A DNA stretch of 49,408 nucleotides, counting the filler, from Sphacelaria rigidula (taxonomy: Eukaryota), in the NCBI GenBank assembly GCA_964200075.2. It is 3 parts of 3 records of this genome, joined end to end, with 100 filler letters (N's around TTAATTAATTAA, not from the genome) between each part and the next. Parts side by side here need not be neighbours in the genome. Positions count along the whole stretch, not along the records: positions 33,008 to 49,408 come from CAXNAA020001374.1; 2 more parts are not named here. One strand, 5' to 3'. Numbering within the stretch: position 1 is the stretch's first letter; the number at the start of each line of letters is the position of its first letter. Shown here piece after piece: positions 36,577 to 48,870 of the stretch. Position numbers and translations under genes: made by a program. A model generated the notes under the pieces. That model had not been told where the DNA came from. It was given only the letters and a program-made list of their open reading frames with translations, and ran no database searches.

Positions 36577-39500
36577 GAACACCGAATCAAGGTGTGCTCT
36601 GCGGGTGCGGCGCCTATGGTCCTGTCGCTGATGGCCCCGCCACCTTCTCCGGGAATTGCAGTCAACGCGGTTGCCGCGAGCAACTTACTTCCGCCCCTGG
36701 ACAGTTCGCACGGACGGCTAATGCGGAAGACCGCCGAAAAGTGTTTGCACCACCTCTTGGTATCGAGGATAACATGGATGGCGGACGACCGTGCGCTTTG
36801 CGATACTACTACCTGTGCGTTGGCGGCAGACAACGAAAGCAACGGAAATGTCGAAGAGACCAGCGTGGGGAAAGGAAAGAACGCGTCGACCGCGGCGATG
36901 GAGCGACGGAACAGTGATGCCAATGCCAAAGAAAATTGTCCTTCGCGGATCGCAGGCCCCGCGTACCTCACAGTGGAGTCGGTGCTGGCGGCTGCGAACG
37001 CCGACTCAATTGACGTGCGATGTCGCGCGATTCGCCTACTTTCGAGGCTCGTATCTTCGCGCCGCAACGCTGTGGCTCTTGGAGCCGCTGCAATTCCGGT
37101 TCTCAGCCGCCTCATAGCTTGGTGGTTGCGCACCAGGAACGATCCGGAGGCGGACAGGACACCGCGAGCGGTCGAGACGGCCTCCTCCGAAAGGAAGAAG
37201 AGGAAGTCAACTGTTGCCAAAGCAGGGGGGATGAAGAAAGGCACTGCTGCCCCGCCACCGGCAGCAAAGGAAGAGATGGGTGCGGAAGCGGAGGAAGCGA
37301 TGGAAGCCTTGCGCATGGAGGCCAAGCGGTTAGAAGAGTCGGATGGTACGCGTGTGCTGCGCGACGAGGCTCTCGCTTACACACTGGGAGTATTGGTGCA
37401 GCTCGCAGAGAGCGGAGGAGGTGTGCGAGCGGCGATCGGCGCTGACACCGTGGTGGATCTCCTCGCGAAGATTATTAAAGTCATGCCCTGCACGCCGGAA
37501 CAATTTTTCTCGGACAGCGTAACAAGTAAACCATCGGTAACGGACGGAGAAGAGAAAAATCTGAATAATCCTAGAAAAGAGGGTGTCGATCAATCGCTCA
37601 CTGTCGATGGGAAAATACAAGCAAGCCAAAACGTAAATCAGTCGCCCATAGAACATCCTCCAGACAAGCCAGACATCTCGCTCGATCTCACGGCGACAAC
37701 CTCTGACCGATACAGTACACCTCGCCACAAGTTTTGCTGGAGGCGGGCCAAGAGTCGCGACCCCACGGTGGAGGTGTTCAGTCCTCTCGACTGGGATTGG
37801 GACTTCGAACTCAGCCCTTCACACGAGCCGACACAACCGGGAATCGTCTTGCGCGCGGTTGTCTTCCGCGTGCTGATCACGCTCGCCGAAGGGTTTGACC
37901 CATGTGCCGACATTACTCCACAGGCGATGGCGTCACCGTCAGCTGCAGGAGGAAAAAACGGTACTGCTGCCGCGGCGGCGCTTACGGCTGGAACCTCGGC
38001 CGCAAACGGTGCAGATAGTGCGCACTCTGTCCTCAGACATACGCTGACAGTGTGCTTAGATTTGCTCTCCGTCGACGTAGTGCACGATAAGACGGACCAT
38101 AAAACCTTCGGTGGTGACGGGGGTGACGGTGACATGGGCGGCGGCAGTGAAAAAAGCCCCAAGGACGATGTACCGCACATCGATGGCGTCCATGTCAAGA
38201 CAACGGTGGTGACGGCGGACGCTTTGTTGGGGGTGCCTGTGTCTCCGTCGGAGGAGCTCGTGCACGAGGATGTACGGCAAGGGTGTCTCCGACTGCTCGC
38301 TTCTCTCCTGCGGATGGGGTCGGTCGCCCGCGAGGGCTTGATATCCGCCGCCGACACACACCGTGGGGGTTGGAGTCAGCTACTGATCCGCTCTTGTCCT
38401 GGAAAGGAATCGGCGGCAACGAGTGACGTCGTAACCGAAGCCTGGAAAAAGCCGGAAACTTTCCGCTGCTGGAATTTCGGCGATACAAATGAGAGCAGCT
38501 GGAGGTCGCTGCAAGCCGCCTTGCCATACGTTCGCGCGGTCTCGGCGCTTCTTGGGCCCCTGCGCAACCTGGACGCGCCGACCACGCATGTCATGGCCGC
38601 TTTGGTGGCGCTGCGACGTCTTTGTGCGGAAGGAGAGCACGAGCCAGGTGGAGCTAAACCCGAGTCCTCTCCTGAAGGCGAGCCGCCATTGCCGACAAGC
38701 AGGCACGGAACAACCGGAGCGCTCGTGGACACTATTGCTGGTGTTGCTGTTGGCGTAGGCGCAGTTGTGCCGCTCGTATCCATATGGGGATGCGCGGCCG
38801 CTGCGGCTGGGGAAGGTACGCTACCTAGTGAAACTGTGGGGATGGTGGACGAGTGTCAGGGATTGATCGACTACCTTATCCGCAGAGGACACGCGAGAGA
38901 AGCATACTGGTCGTCTCTTCCTTCTGTGAAGCCGAGCCCCTCTGCATTAAGTAATAAAACGCAGAGCAAATCAGCGAAGGCTCAAGCCAAAAAGGGGAAA
39001 GGCGGTACAAAGGATGGGCAGGATTTGGTATCAGCAGCGGCGACAAAAAGTGATACTGTCCACGAGGCCGTACCTCCACCCCCACCACCTCTTGGTCGCG
39101 ATGATCCAAATCTAGGACCAAATCGTACGACCTGGGCTTCTTTGCTCAACGCCCGTGTGGATGACCAACGGACGCAAACCTCTGCCACCACCGCTTTGCT
39201 TATGGCAACGATCATGGGTTTGGAAACGGGAATCGGGAACCTGTTGGTCGCTGGGGTGGACCCGAACGTACGAGGCACTGACGGTCGAACGCCACTTATG
39301 TGCGCTTTGGCCCAGGGAATGGATGAAGCTGTCCGCGGGCTCGTGGACGCCGGCGCAGATGTCGATGCAGTAGACCTACACGGCTCCAGTGTTCTGAAGG
39401 CAGCGTTTCTTTGCCCCCCCCGGTGGATAATGCGAAACATTATGCGGAGGAGGAGGTCGGATTCCATAACGGCAATGGCAGCGGCAGCGGCGGCAGGTGA

Positions 39501-40524
39501 AGAGGCCGCGGCGGCTCTCGCGCTTGGTGGGGCCGCCGATTTTACCTCCGTCGGGAGCACAAGACGGGTTTCAACTACACGAACCGACCATTCCACGGAC
39601 TCAACGGCGACCGGACGGCCTCGCAGTCGCTCACGAAGTGGGTCCGTCGACGTGGGTCGGTCCCGCAGTCGTCCGGGAAGTCTGACAATGGTGGGGCGGC
39701 GAAAATCCTCGCTCGGTAGAGCGGTTTCGTTCAGTGAGGTCGATGATGGGGTAGCGTCCGGGGCTGCGGCATCTCTAAATGACCGCCGGCGTCGGTTTTC
39801 TCGAACTTCGTCAATGTCGGCGGTCGACTCCGCCCGGGCGGCGCTGCGAGCAGCGGCACGAACAGAACACGCTGGACCTCTGAAGACACCGCGGGGGACG
39901 CTAGTCGTTCAGGGAGATGCGCGTATGGTTCGCTACATTTTGGCCTGTGGCGCAGATCCCAATGTTTCCGGGGGCGAGGGGGACTTTCCTCTACACTGGG
40001 CAACAACCGGAACCGAACTGACCGTAAGGATCATGAACCAGTGCGTCCGGATAGTCACCGGCACTGGCAATGGCACTGGCAATGGCACTGGCAGTGGCAC
40101 TGGCAGTGGCACCACCTCTACGGTCAGCGATGAAGGTACCATTACAAATCATCAGATGAGCAGCGGAGCGAGCGATAAGTCAAGCATTGTGAATTTGGCT
40201 GCTGCAGGAGGTTCTGAAAGCTGCGAGCTTGTGGACGATCTGACTCTCCTCAAAGTACTCGTGAACGCGGGTTCGTCACTAGATGCTTGTAATCCTGAGG
40301 GGATGACCGCGCTACACTGTGCTGTGATTGTGGATCGGCCCGATCTGGCGGGTGTGCTTTTGGATGCTGGCGCGAGCCCCAATGTTTCAGATTCTCTCGG
40401 CTGCCTACCGCTCCACTATGCTTGCCTCTGCGCTACTGCTGGATATCACGAGCTCGCGGAAAGGCTACTTGCTCTTGCTATGGGACGTCCGCTGAACAAG
40501 GGGGTATTCCAGGACCATCGGAAG
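36577..40524 (+). CDS. ARM-like/ankyrin-repeat protein, 3948-nt exon
   Basis: Within the 1449-aa ORF. Ankyrin motifs DGRTPLMCALAQG..LVDAGADVDA, EGDFPLHWA, EGMTALHCA..LLDAGASPN, LGCLPLHYA. CAG acceptor, GTGAGG donor. Confidence 0.9.
40060..40110 (+). repeat. Coding 12-bp minisatellite (GTGN/GTGS repeats)
   Basis: (GGCACTGGCAAT)2(GGCACTGGCAGT)2. Confidence 0.85.
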
Positions 40525-41135
40525 GTGAGGCGCGTAGCTGCAACAAGACTAGAAATCACATGCTTTCCTTGTACGAATTCTCTTCAATCGTCATATGCGT
40601 CCTTGTTTGATTCTCGCTGGTCCCACAAATGCCGTGCTCTGCTCCGTCCCTTCGAATACGGCATTTTTACGAAATGCATGAACATACTTCATTATAGGAT
40701 GAAACACCCGAAACAGAATGGACAGAAAACGTACCAGCACTGTTTAGTTACAGAGGATCCCACGCACCCTCTTATGGTTTTGGTGCTTCCCTGCATCCCA
40801 TGTCGTCGTCTTCTACGATCACGTCATCTGGCCCCGTAACGCCTTGAGCAGCTTGCATCCGTACACGCAGTATTTCACAGCAGTGTCGTTTCCGACAAAC
40901 AACCCCTTCGAACACCAAGCCGTACAAGTTCTGTGTGATAGAACCATCTGCCGATTACGTATCGCGCAGAGCGTTCTGTACGCCTTTCGCTCGCTGTCTT
41001 GTTCTTGTACCATGTGGGGAGAAAGTGGTGCAACACGCCTCCTCCCTCGATCGTGACGCCTTCGGATATAGTTTTTAGTGCTTGATTAATCAATTGCCTG
41101 ATCCATGTTGAAAAAACGCGGTCCCGATGTCACAG

Positions 41136-42592
41136 GGGCGAACACGACGTGAGAAGCTCCTGCTGGACGTCGGTGAGATCATGCGAAGCGGACTGCGAGA
41201 AGCCACGGAGCCTTCGTCCATCACACAACACCGAGCAACGCGTCCGGAGCTCCTAAATCATGTCAGCGCCGAGGGGTTCGCTCCGCTCCATTACGCGTGT
41301 GACGGCCGTATTACGGCCGAACGCCGAGCTGCAGCGTCCATCCTGGCTAGATTAAAACGGCGATTGTGTGTGTTACATGCATCACCCGTTTCATCCACAC
41401 TAGTTGATCGCCGACCGTCCAGCAACGGCGGCGCTGGGGACGACGGTAGTCGTCAGGGTAGAACCCTTAAAGACTCGATGTTGGCGCCGGACCGCGTGCA
41501 TATCCTGAGGTGGCTGCTGTCAGAGCCGGAGCTTGATCCGAGGGTAAGAACCCCGCGCGGCGCGACCGCGCTTCATTTAGCCGCCCAATTACACGAGGAG
41601 TCACAAGGAACCGAGCTGACCCGCATGCTCGTGCGCACCGGGATAAATATTGACGCGCTTGACGCGCCGCCGCCGTCTACAGCGACAAGTGACGACCGCG
41701 GTTCATCACTTGCGAGAAACGTGTGTGGTTCCCCACACCGCGGCGCATCATATGAAGGTTCTTCATGTCTAGCATCTGATGAAGGGCGAACACGTGACAC
41801 GTATACTCCTAGCATCGGCGCAGGCTTGGACCGTACAGGCGGCGGCGGCGGCGGCGGCACCGTGCGCGATTCGTCGGAGAGTGGTGACGGCGACCCGACA
41901 CCAGTCGAACAAGAATTTTTTATGCAGTTTTCGGCATTGCATTATGCGCTGCAGACAGGCTCCTGGGGTATAGCCGATGCCCTGCTTTCCGCTGGGGCTA
42001 ACGTGCGGCCGGAGAGAGCCCTCCCGCCTTGTGTCCATGTCGCGTGTCATGCCGGGGCGCCGGCATCGCTAGTTCTAAAACTACTTGCTCGGAAAAAATC
42101 CGAGCCTGAACCAACGACGATCGCTGGTGACCAGCCGCGTGTGCTCTGGGGAGACTTAGGCGTACCAGCGATCATCAGTCCCAATGAAAAGACGTGCTGT
42201 CCTTACTACGCGGCGACATCGCTTTTTCTTGCTGCGGGTTCCGGTAGCGCGGAACTGGTTACTCTCCTTCTTCCAAAGTACGAGGATGCCGTTACTCACT
42301 CGAGCAGCAATGTTACGGTCAAGGATGCACGGGACGCTGCTGCTGCCAGCGTCTCCTTACGAGGAGATGTCTGGTCCATGAAACATAGTCCCATGGATGG
42401 TCGAAACCCGTTGCACGCGGCGGCTGTGGGCGGACACACGGCAGTAGCGCGGGTTCTCCTCGACGCTGGGGGGGCTAGGCCGTGGATCAACGCCAAGGAC
42501 TATACGGGACGTACGCCGCTGGGCCTAGCCGTGGACTGGGGTAAGTGGAGGCTAGCGGCAGTGCTCGCTGCGAATGACGAGTTTGATGTAAG
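41136..42592 (+). CDS. ARM-like/ankyrin-repeat protein, exon with further ankyrin repeats
   Basis: EGFAPLHYA, RGATALHLAA, SALHYAL..LLSAGANV, DGRNPLHAAA, TGRTPLGLAV; AG|GTGAGT donor (phase 2). Confidence 0.9.
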
Positions 42593-42663
42593 GTGAGTCA
42601 CTCAACTGGACTGCAGACCCTGTGTGGACTGCGGTATGTATCGTGAATCGTCAATACGTACCG

Positions 42664-42665
<2 letters not shown>

Positions 42666-42712
<47 letters not shown>
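42666..42712. repeat. (CA)n microsatellite
   Basis: Perfect AC run of over 20 units. Confidence 0.95.
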
Positions 42713-42714
<2 letters not shown>

Positions 42715-43368
42715 GAACCGTGATTGCCATGAATGAATAGACTGTACTTTTGAAGCTGACTGGCAGTTTTCGAGATATCCGCTACCGTATGAGAACGGAA
42801 AAGGCAAAGGTATAGTGAATGCAAGTGAGGCGAGACTTGGTTATGACGCGAATCGAACGCAGGGCTAGCTTACATCTAGATGATACACATCGACAGAGTT
42901 GTCAGCGATTAAATCGAAGTACTGATGGCGAAAAATAGTTGTGATATCTTTCATTGTTCAGCAGACCAAGCAGGTAGACCCGTTGTGGGGGCGTCGCAGC
43001 CTAGTATTTGGCTACCAGCCAGTAGAACAAGTTGGCTATTTTATTTCTACGCTTGATCCGAGTTTCTCCGGAGCATTGCAGTACAACCTTCACTCTTGTG
43101 CCGCGGAAGACATTGCGGCTTGACCAAACCACAATCGCTGCGTGCTTTTAGAAGCTGTTCCGCTGGTGCACGTATTGTTCAACCGATCAGCTGACCACCA
43201 CTGAACCATCCCAAGCGCTTACATGCTAAATTCGGTGTGTACAATGCGGTATCTAAGACGTCTTACGTCAGCGCGTCTCTGCGCAACATTGGCGGCACAA
43301 GGAATGTGTGGCCTGTTCCCTGCGACACCAGTAAGGGTAGAACTTGCAAGTTGAAATTACGAGGTATA

Positions 43369-43904
43369 CTTCCTCTGTCTCATAAGTAAAGATACCTAAA
43401 TTTGTACGAGCCCTTAACGATGTCCGATGTTTTTTTTTTTCATGAACTCTACGGTGTTTTGGGGTTAAAAAAATGTGTCTAAAATTTGCAGCTCGTGCTT
43501 GAAACATGCCGCCGAACGGCTGCAAAAAAAGTAGTTGGCCCCAAAATGGCCGTTTTTTGCCCCTTTCCGAGGAGAAAAAAAGTGCCGAAAACTTTTTTCC
43601 GATTTTTTTTAATCGCCCCCGCCTTCACTGGGGCTTGCTGCCAGGGAGTCCCACGCGATTAAAAAAAAATCGAAAAAACAAAATCGATACTTTTTTTCCC
43701 CTCGGAAAGGGGCAAAAAACGGTCATTCTTGGGCCGACTACTTTTTTTGCAGTCGTTCGGCGGCATGTTTCAAGCACGAGCTGCAGATTTGAAATACATT
43801 TTCTTAACCTAAAAAACACCGTAGAGTTTATTGAAAAAAAAAACGATCGGACATCGTTAAGGGCCCGTACAAATTTAGGTATTTTACTTACGGGACAGAG
43901 GAAG
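43369..43904. mobile_element. Stowaway-like (Tc1/mariner) foldback MITE, TA TSD
   Basis: TA|CTTCCTCTGTC...GACAGAGGAAG|TA; arms complementary for over 200 bp. Confidence 0.88.
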
Positions 43905-44663
43905 TATAGTATACGGGCCTGCACGGAACTTTTGCAGCAAAAATAGAATTAAAAACAAACCCTATTGTCGATAACCCCACGTAAGATCAGAATGTGCTAA
44001 TTTGCGGATAGCCTTCATTGCTTACCGAGTTGTTCATCGTTTACGGCTTACGTACCGTACTGTATCCAAGTATCCAGGTTCTGTGCTGTCACATACTTTG
44101 TTATACACAGTTACCGATCACTTGGATGTGGGTATCGCAACGTCTTTCGCCGTGCCAGAGATACAGTGAGCTCAGCTGCGGCGATCCGGGCACCTACTTT
44201 TTCAGACTTCGTCAACCAACTTGGCCCGGTATTAAGGAAAATGATCGCTGTCTCGCAATATAACTTGACGATATTTTCGACCAACGCTTGGTTGAGAGCC
44301 AGGCCATTCGCGGTAGCTATTTTTATGCAGATATGGCGCAATCTCGAAAGCCTCCAAATCATTCTCTACTTTATTGGCTTTTTCATCTTAAAGGTCACCG
44401 TATAGTATTTGCTCTGTATTTCCTTCAGTATGTAGAAATATCCGCATCCGGGAAAAAAGAAACACACCCTGCTTTGTAACGTCCGCAAAAACGGGCTGCT
44501 GGGGAAAACTTAGAATACCCCACGCACGATACGTAGCATTCAGCTACGGTTTGATGCTACAGTTGGTGAACAAATTACCGCGTAACCCGTAATACCTACA
44601 TTCGTTCATAATACATTTTGTCATTATCTAACATTTGATTTTCCAACCATCATGATCATGCAG

Positions 44664-45327
44664 GTTAGCAATCGACGACGGTAAGACGAGCGCACTTTTA
44701 TGTACCGAGCGGGCAAACATGGCCATCGTCGACGAAGGTTCGGGGGAGGCCTCTGCTCTGTCAGCTCTACGCGACAGCAACACCCTCCTCTTGACCCTTC
44801 TACAAAAACTCGGGAAAGCCGCCGCTCGTGAAGCCGCCGCGGCCGCACTCCACCAAGCGGGCGAAGCAGCACTGGCGCTCGCAAGGACTCAGACGGAAGA
44901 GTCGCGAGAACGTTTGCACGATGCTGCTGTGCGCCAAGGCGTAGAGACGCAACAAGAGGAAGAGGCGGGATCCACGAGTGCTAATGCGGGGGGTACTGTG
45001 TCCGGACGCGATGAACAGGAGAGTAGACCGGAGGGTGGTGCGGAGAAGAGGGCGGGCGGTGCTGGAGCATCGGAGCAGTTGCGCTCGAAAGTAGTTGAAC
45101 GGTTGGAAGCACTTGAACACCTCCACCCCTGTTTCGCGAAGGGTGTTCTCTACTCGAATGCTAAGGGGGTGAGCTTCCCAAATTCGAGACTGAGCTCGGA
45201 CGAGGGGCGTGCCGTGTTGATCATAGAGAAGAGCGCGAGGGACGCCAGGACGAGAAGGGAATCCGCCGAACGAAACAACGCTAGAGTAGCGAGGAGACGA
45301 GGGTCCGTGTCAGGGATGGGGGGGTAA
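44664..45327 (+). CDS. ARM-like/ankyrin-repeat protein, probable last exon (alternatively spliced out at GTAAGA 45324)
   Basis: CAG|G TTA GCA.. matches the phase-2 donor at 42593 and the 44719..45327 ORF frame. Confidence 0.75.
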
Positions 45328-45707
45328 GAGACGTAGTCACTGTTTGACATCACAAATGTCGTCAAGTTTTGTATGTATGTATATATACATGTATACACAG
45401 AAGGCCGAGCTAAGTGCTACAATACTATTTCGACGAACCAGGAGCGCCTGGCCTTCAAACCATAGGCGCGAGCGCGAAACCAAAGCGCGACGACTGAGAC
45501 TCTCAATAGGAAAAGAGTACCAGAGCAGAGAACATATGACGGTGACAGAATGTGCAAGCATGCGGCGGTGAACGCGGAGGCTGCTGCAGGGATGCTACTA
45601 AAAATGCACTTAAATCATCTCGAGTGACGGCTGGTCATTATGCTCGTTCTTTGCCATGAACGGTTAGCGGTACCCGCACATGCATTTCCTGTTGCGTGTA
45701 GTGCGGC

Positions 45708-46354
45708 GATTGATTGATTGATTGATTGTCGCACTTTAAGTGACCCCCCAGGTAGTCATGATCCAGCCGTGGTCTCACGATAGACATACCCAACAAAAAC
45801 GAAACTGAAAGACGCTCTGAGGAAATGAAGGAACAAGAAAAAAAAAAGTCGAACAGAACGACATAGCAGATCAAGTCTGAGGAAAGGGGAACGGACACAT
45901 CCGATACAGCACAGCACAGCACAGCACAGCACAGCACAGCACAGTACAGCGCGATAGAGCAGCTGTGACAGACATGAAGCCGGGCTTGTATCGGTATGAA
46001 CTAAAATCGCGCTGTTCGTTACCCTACCATGCTAGACCAAAGGTTTGACATGTTCTTGAATCGGAAATTTCTTACTTCCCGTCATCATTTCAAGCCCCCA
46101 CCCCTTGCCGTTCCTCGGAACGAACTTGTATTCCGCAGGGATCGATCCATGTCTCCCCCGGTAGCTGCCTGACAACTCGTCAGAGATCATCGGACCAGCG
46201 TCCCACCATTCCTTCGACATTTCGTCGATTACTCTGCTTCTGACTTACGCCCATACTCTATCCACGACTGACACCCATGAGTAATTGCTGGCATTCGAAC
46301 CCAATGATCTGCCCAAACACTGCTCGATGACGTACCAGTTGGTCGACGGGGCAC
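45708..46354 (-). mobile_element. tRNA-derived SINE-like element with (ATCA)n tail and an internal (CAGCA)n microsatellite
   Basis: Head GTGCCCCGTCGACCAACTGGT...GGGTTCGAATGCC (46354-46283); tail GAGACCACGGCTGGAT...CAATCAATCAATC. That head and tail belong to one element is inferred. Confidence 0.5.
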
Positions 46355-47469
46355 GGTGACTGATCGCACTTACGTTTCTCTCGTTGCGGCACTTCGGTCC
46401 CCGCGTACGCCGTCTCTATCTAGTGGTCACATATGTGTCTTGTATGCACAAATTTTCTCCGCCGTAAAGAGCCGTGAGGCCGTTCGATCCTTGTACAGTG
46501 CATAAACTCTGACCAGTTCAACTTCGATAGTGTACGACGCACAGACGACGGACGGGCAAACGTCCTCAAGACTCATTCGCACGTCAACAATCGAGCGTGC
46601 TCATTCTCTCGGGCCCATTCCCTGTAATGTTGGCTCGCTTGGTGGCTCCGAACATGATCGACCGTGGTCGAACGTCGATCGGTCTTCATTGATATTACTG
46701 CTTCGTTCGTCCGCGAACGTCCCGCATGACGCCCGCGTGGGTACATCGCACTTGCCAAGTCTGACAGCACCAAAATCTGCGAGCATCCGCTCGTGCTCTT
46801 TCGCCAAAGGACAGGGGTGGCAGAACGCTGAACTGCGTTCGTTGTAGATATCTGCTGAGAAAACTCGACGGCGCGGTGTCACCAAACGACATGTGAGTAA
46901 GTTGGTCATCAGCGTCGTCGGTCGGCCTATTCGCGATGTGGCGTGTACGTATATACATCCGGTGATGATCATGAGCGTGGGTATTTTTGCTCCCTTTTTT
47001 TCATACTTTTAACACCCCCCCTTCCTTGGGACGAGTCCGTGTTCTCAGAGGATCAACCCATCTCTGCCCCGGTACACGCCTCACATTCTGGTCTCGCCGA
47101 TTTCATGGAGAAAATTAAGCCTTTTCTGCTACCTTCCTTTTCACTTGTTCAACGCCGGGAGACAGATACCTCTCACAAAATAAAACCAACCACATCTGTC
47201 GGGGACCGATCCCGCATTTTCCCGAAGTAGCTGGAGTCAGTTGCATCAAATAGGCCATCGGGGTGCGGCGTGTGTAAGTAGATATATTAGAACGACACTT
47301 TCTACGATAGCGCCCCCCCAAAACCAGCCCAGAAGTGTCACAAAAAAAATGGTCATACAGCGCCTGATGTTTGGGTTCAGGCTGCATGAAGCGCCTCAAA
47401 TGGGGGAAATCGGCGAGAACGAACCCATGCGTGGGAATTCCCACACACGTGTGCAGTCTGAGCCCAGTG

Positions 47470-47772
47470 GAGCACCTGTACAGGGTTTGGGGCGCGAATA
47501 CCCGGCACAGTGTTCCCGCCTGCACCCTGCGGAGCACCTATACGGGGTTTTGCCACCCTATATAGGGTTGGGGCGCGAATACCCTGTACAGTGTTCCTGC
47601 CTGCACCCTGCGGAGCACCTATACGGGGTTTTGCCACCCTGCGCAGTGTTTGGGGCGAGAATACACTGTACAGTGTTTCACACATGGACACTCTGCACCC
47701 TGAGGAGAACCTCCACAGGGTTTCGCTATCCTGCGCAGGGTTTCGGGCACGAACACCCTGTTCAGTGTTTCA
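47470..47772. repeat. ~81-bp minisatellite, ~3.5 copies
   Basis: GGGCGCGAATA or variants at 47490, 47571, 47652 and ~47745. Confidence 0.85.
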
Positions 47773-47850
47773 ATTTTACCCAACACAGGGCCCTCGCCTC
47801 CGGGTTGAAAGACTGGGGAACACATAGTGAGAAAGAAGGGTGGTAAAAAA

Positions 47851-47930
47851 GGTCGCGGTGGGAATCGATCCCACCACGCCCATTACCGGCGGTAGCGATA
47901 TTTGGGCTGTTGAACTACACTATAGAAGTC
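47851..47930 (-). mobile_element. tRNA-like head (SINE or tRNA pseudogene)
   Basis: TAGTGTAGTTC A-box-like; T-arm-like GTGGG-ATCGATT-CCCAC; followed by TTTTTT; no acceptor stem. Confidence 0.5.
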
Positions 47931-48045
47931 ATATGCAAGGTCCCGCCCCGAAAAATGTTGACCTTCTAATGCAGACTGTATGTAGTTTTTCAATACATCA
48001 TGTATATACGGATGTAGTATATTCATCCTCTTGCCATGTCTGGTA

Positions 48046-48870
48046 CGAGCTGGGCCAGGCAAGAAGTGGATTTGATGTTTACAGGCCCATTCGCCATTCA
48101 AAAACTAGAGGTACACCCTGAAATTTGGTACGGACAATGAATAGGGCATAATGAAAAGCTGTCTTGGCGTTCCCCGAGTTGCATAAACCGGTCTGGGGGT
48201 ATGAGGAAAATGCCCTTGACTTATGAAAAAAAAAACACTCGGGGAACGCCAAGACAGCTTTTTATTATGCCGTATTCATTGTCCATACCAAATTTCAGGG
48301 TGTACCTCTAGTTTTTGAATGGCGAATGCACCATTCAAAAACCGGGCCGGTATAAATTCGGAGCAGTATTTAGGAGGCCGCTCACGGGCCCACGTTTGGT
48401 AGTAAAAGGTTGAAGTTTTGTGGGGAACCTCGCAAGGGCATGTTTGACAAAAAAAAAGTGGGTCGACTCAATTTGAATTCATTTTTTCACTGGTTTGAGG
48501 CGGTATAGTGTCGTCACCACCATTTTTTCAGGAGAATGCTCAAACCTCTACATTATAAAAAAAAACATTGTGGGCCCATTTTGTGTTCTTTTCCATCGTA
48601 CCTCTGTGGGTCTTCATGCTAAGTTTCAAATCACAACTGTAATTGGGGTTAAAAATAGAGTTTAGTATGGACGCCATCTCCGTACGGTATAGGAATTACT
48701 ATACATGGGGCTTAATCAACGACAAAAAAATTGGCCCAAACGTTTGAGTAGATGGCCACCTTCCTCTTGATTAGACGATTTGTTTGATATGCGGATCACG
48801 GCCTAACTCGTTTCCGGTGATGAGATATTGCTCCTACAGTTTAAATCCAATTTTCGGCCGGCCCAGCTCG
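48046..48870. mobile_element. TIR element (CGAGCTGGGCC termini) containing a nested hairpin element at 48088-48328
   Basis: TA|CGAGCTGGGCCAGGC..TGGATTT and AAATCCA..GGCCGGCCCAGCTCG|TG; internal ~92-bp inverted arms. Confidence 0.75.

Noticed and set aside
36543..39596. Several 200-260-aa minus-strand ORFs
   Set aside because: Antisense shadows of the giant ankyrin-gene exon.
46215..46235. VIDEMS as a PIF1/Helitron helicase Walker B motif
   Set aside because: No other helicase motifs nearby; a six-residue match is expected by chance.
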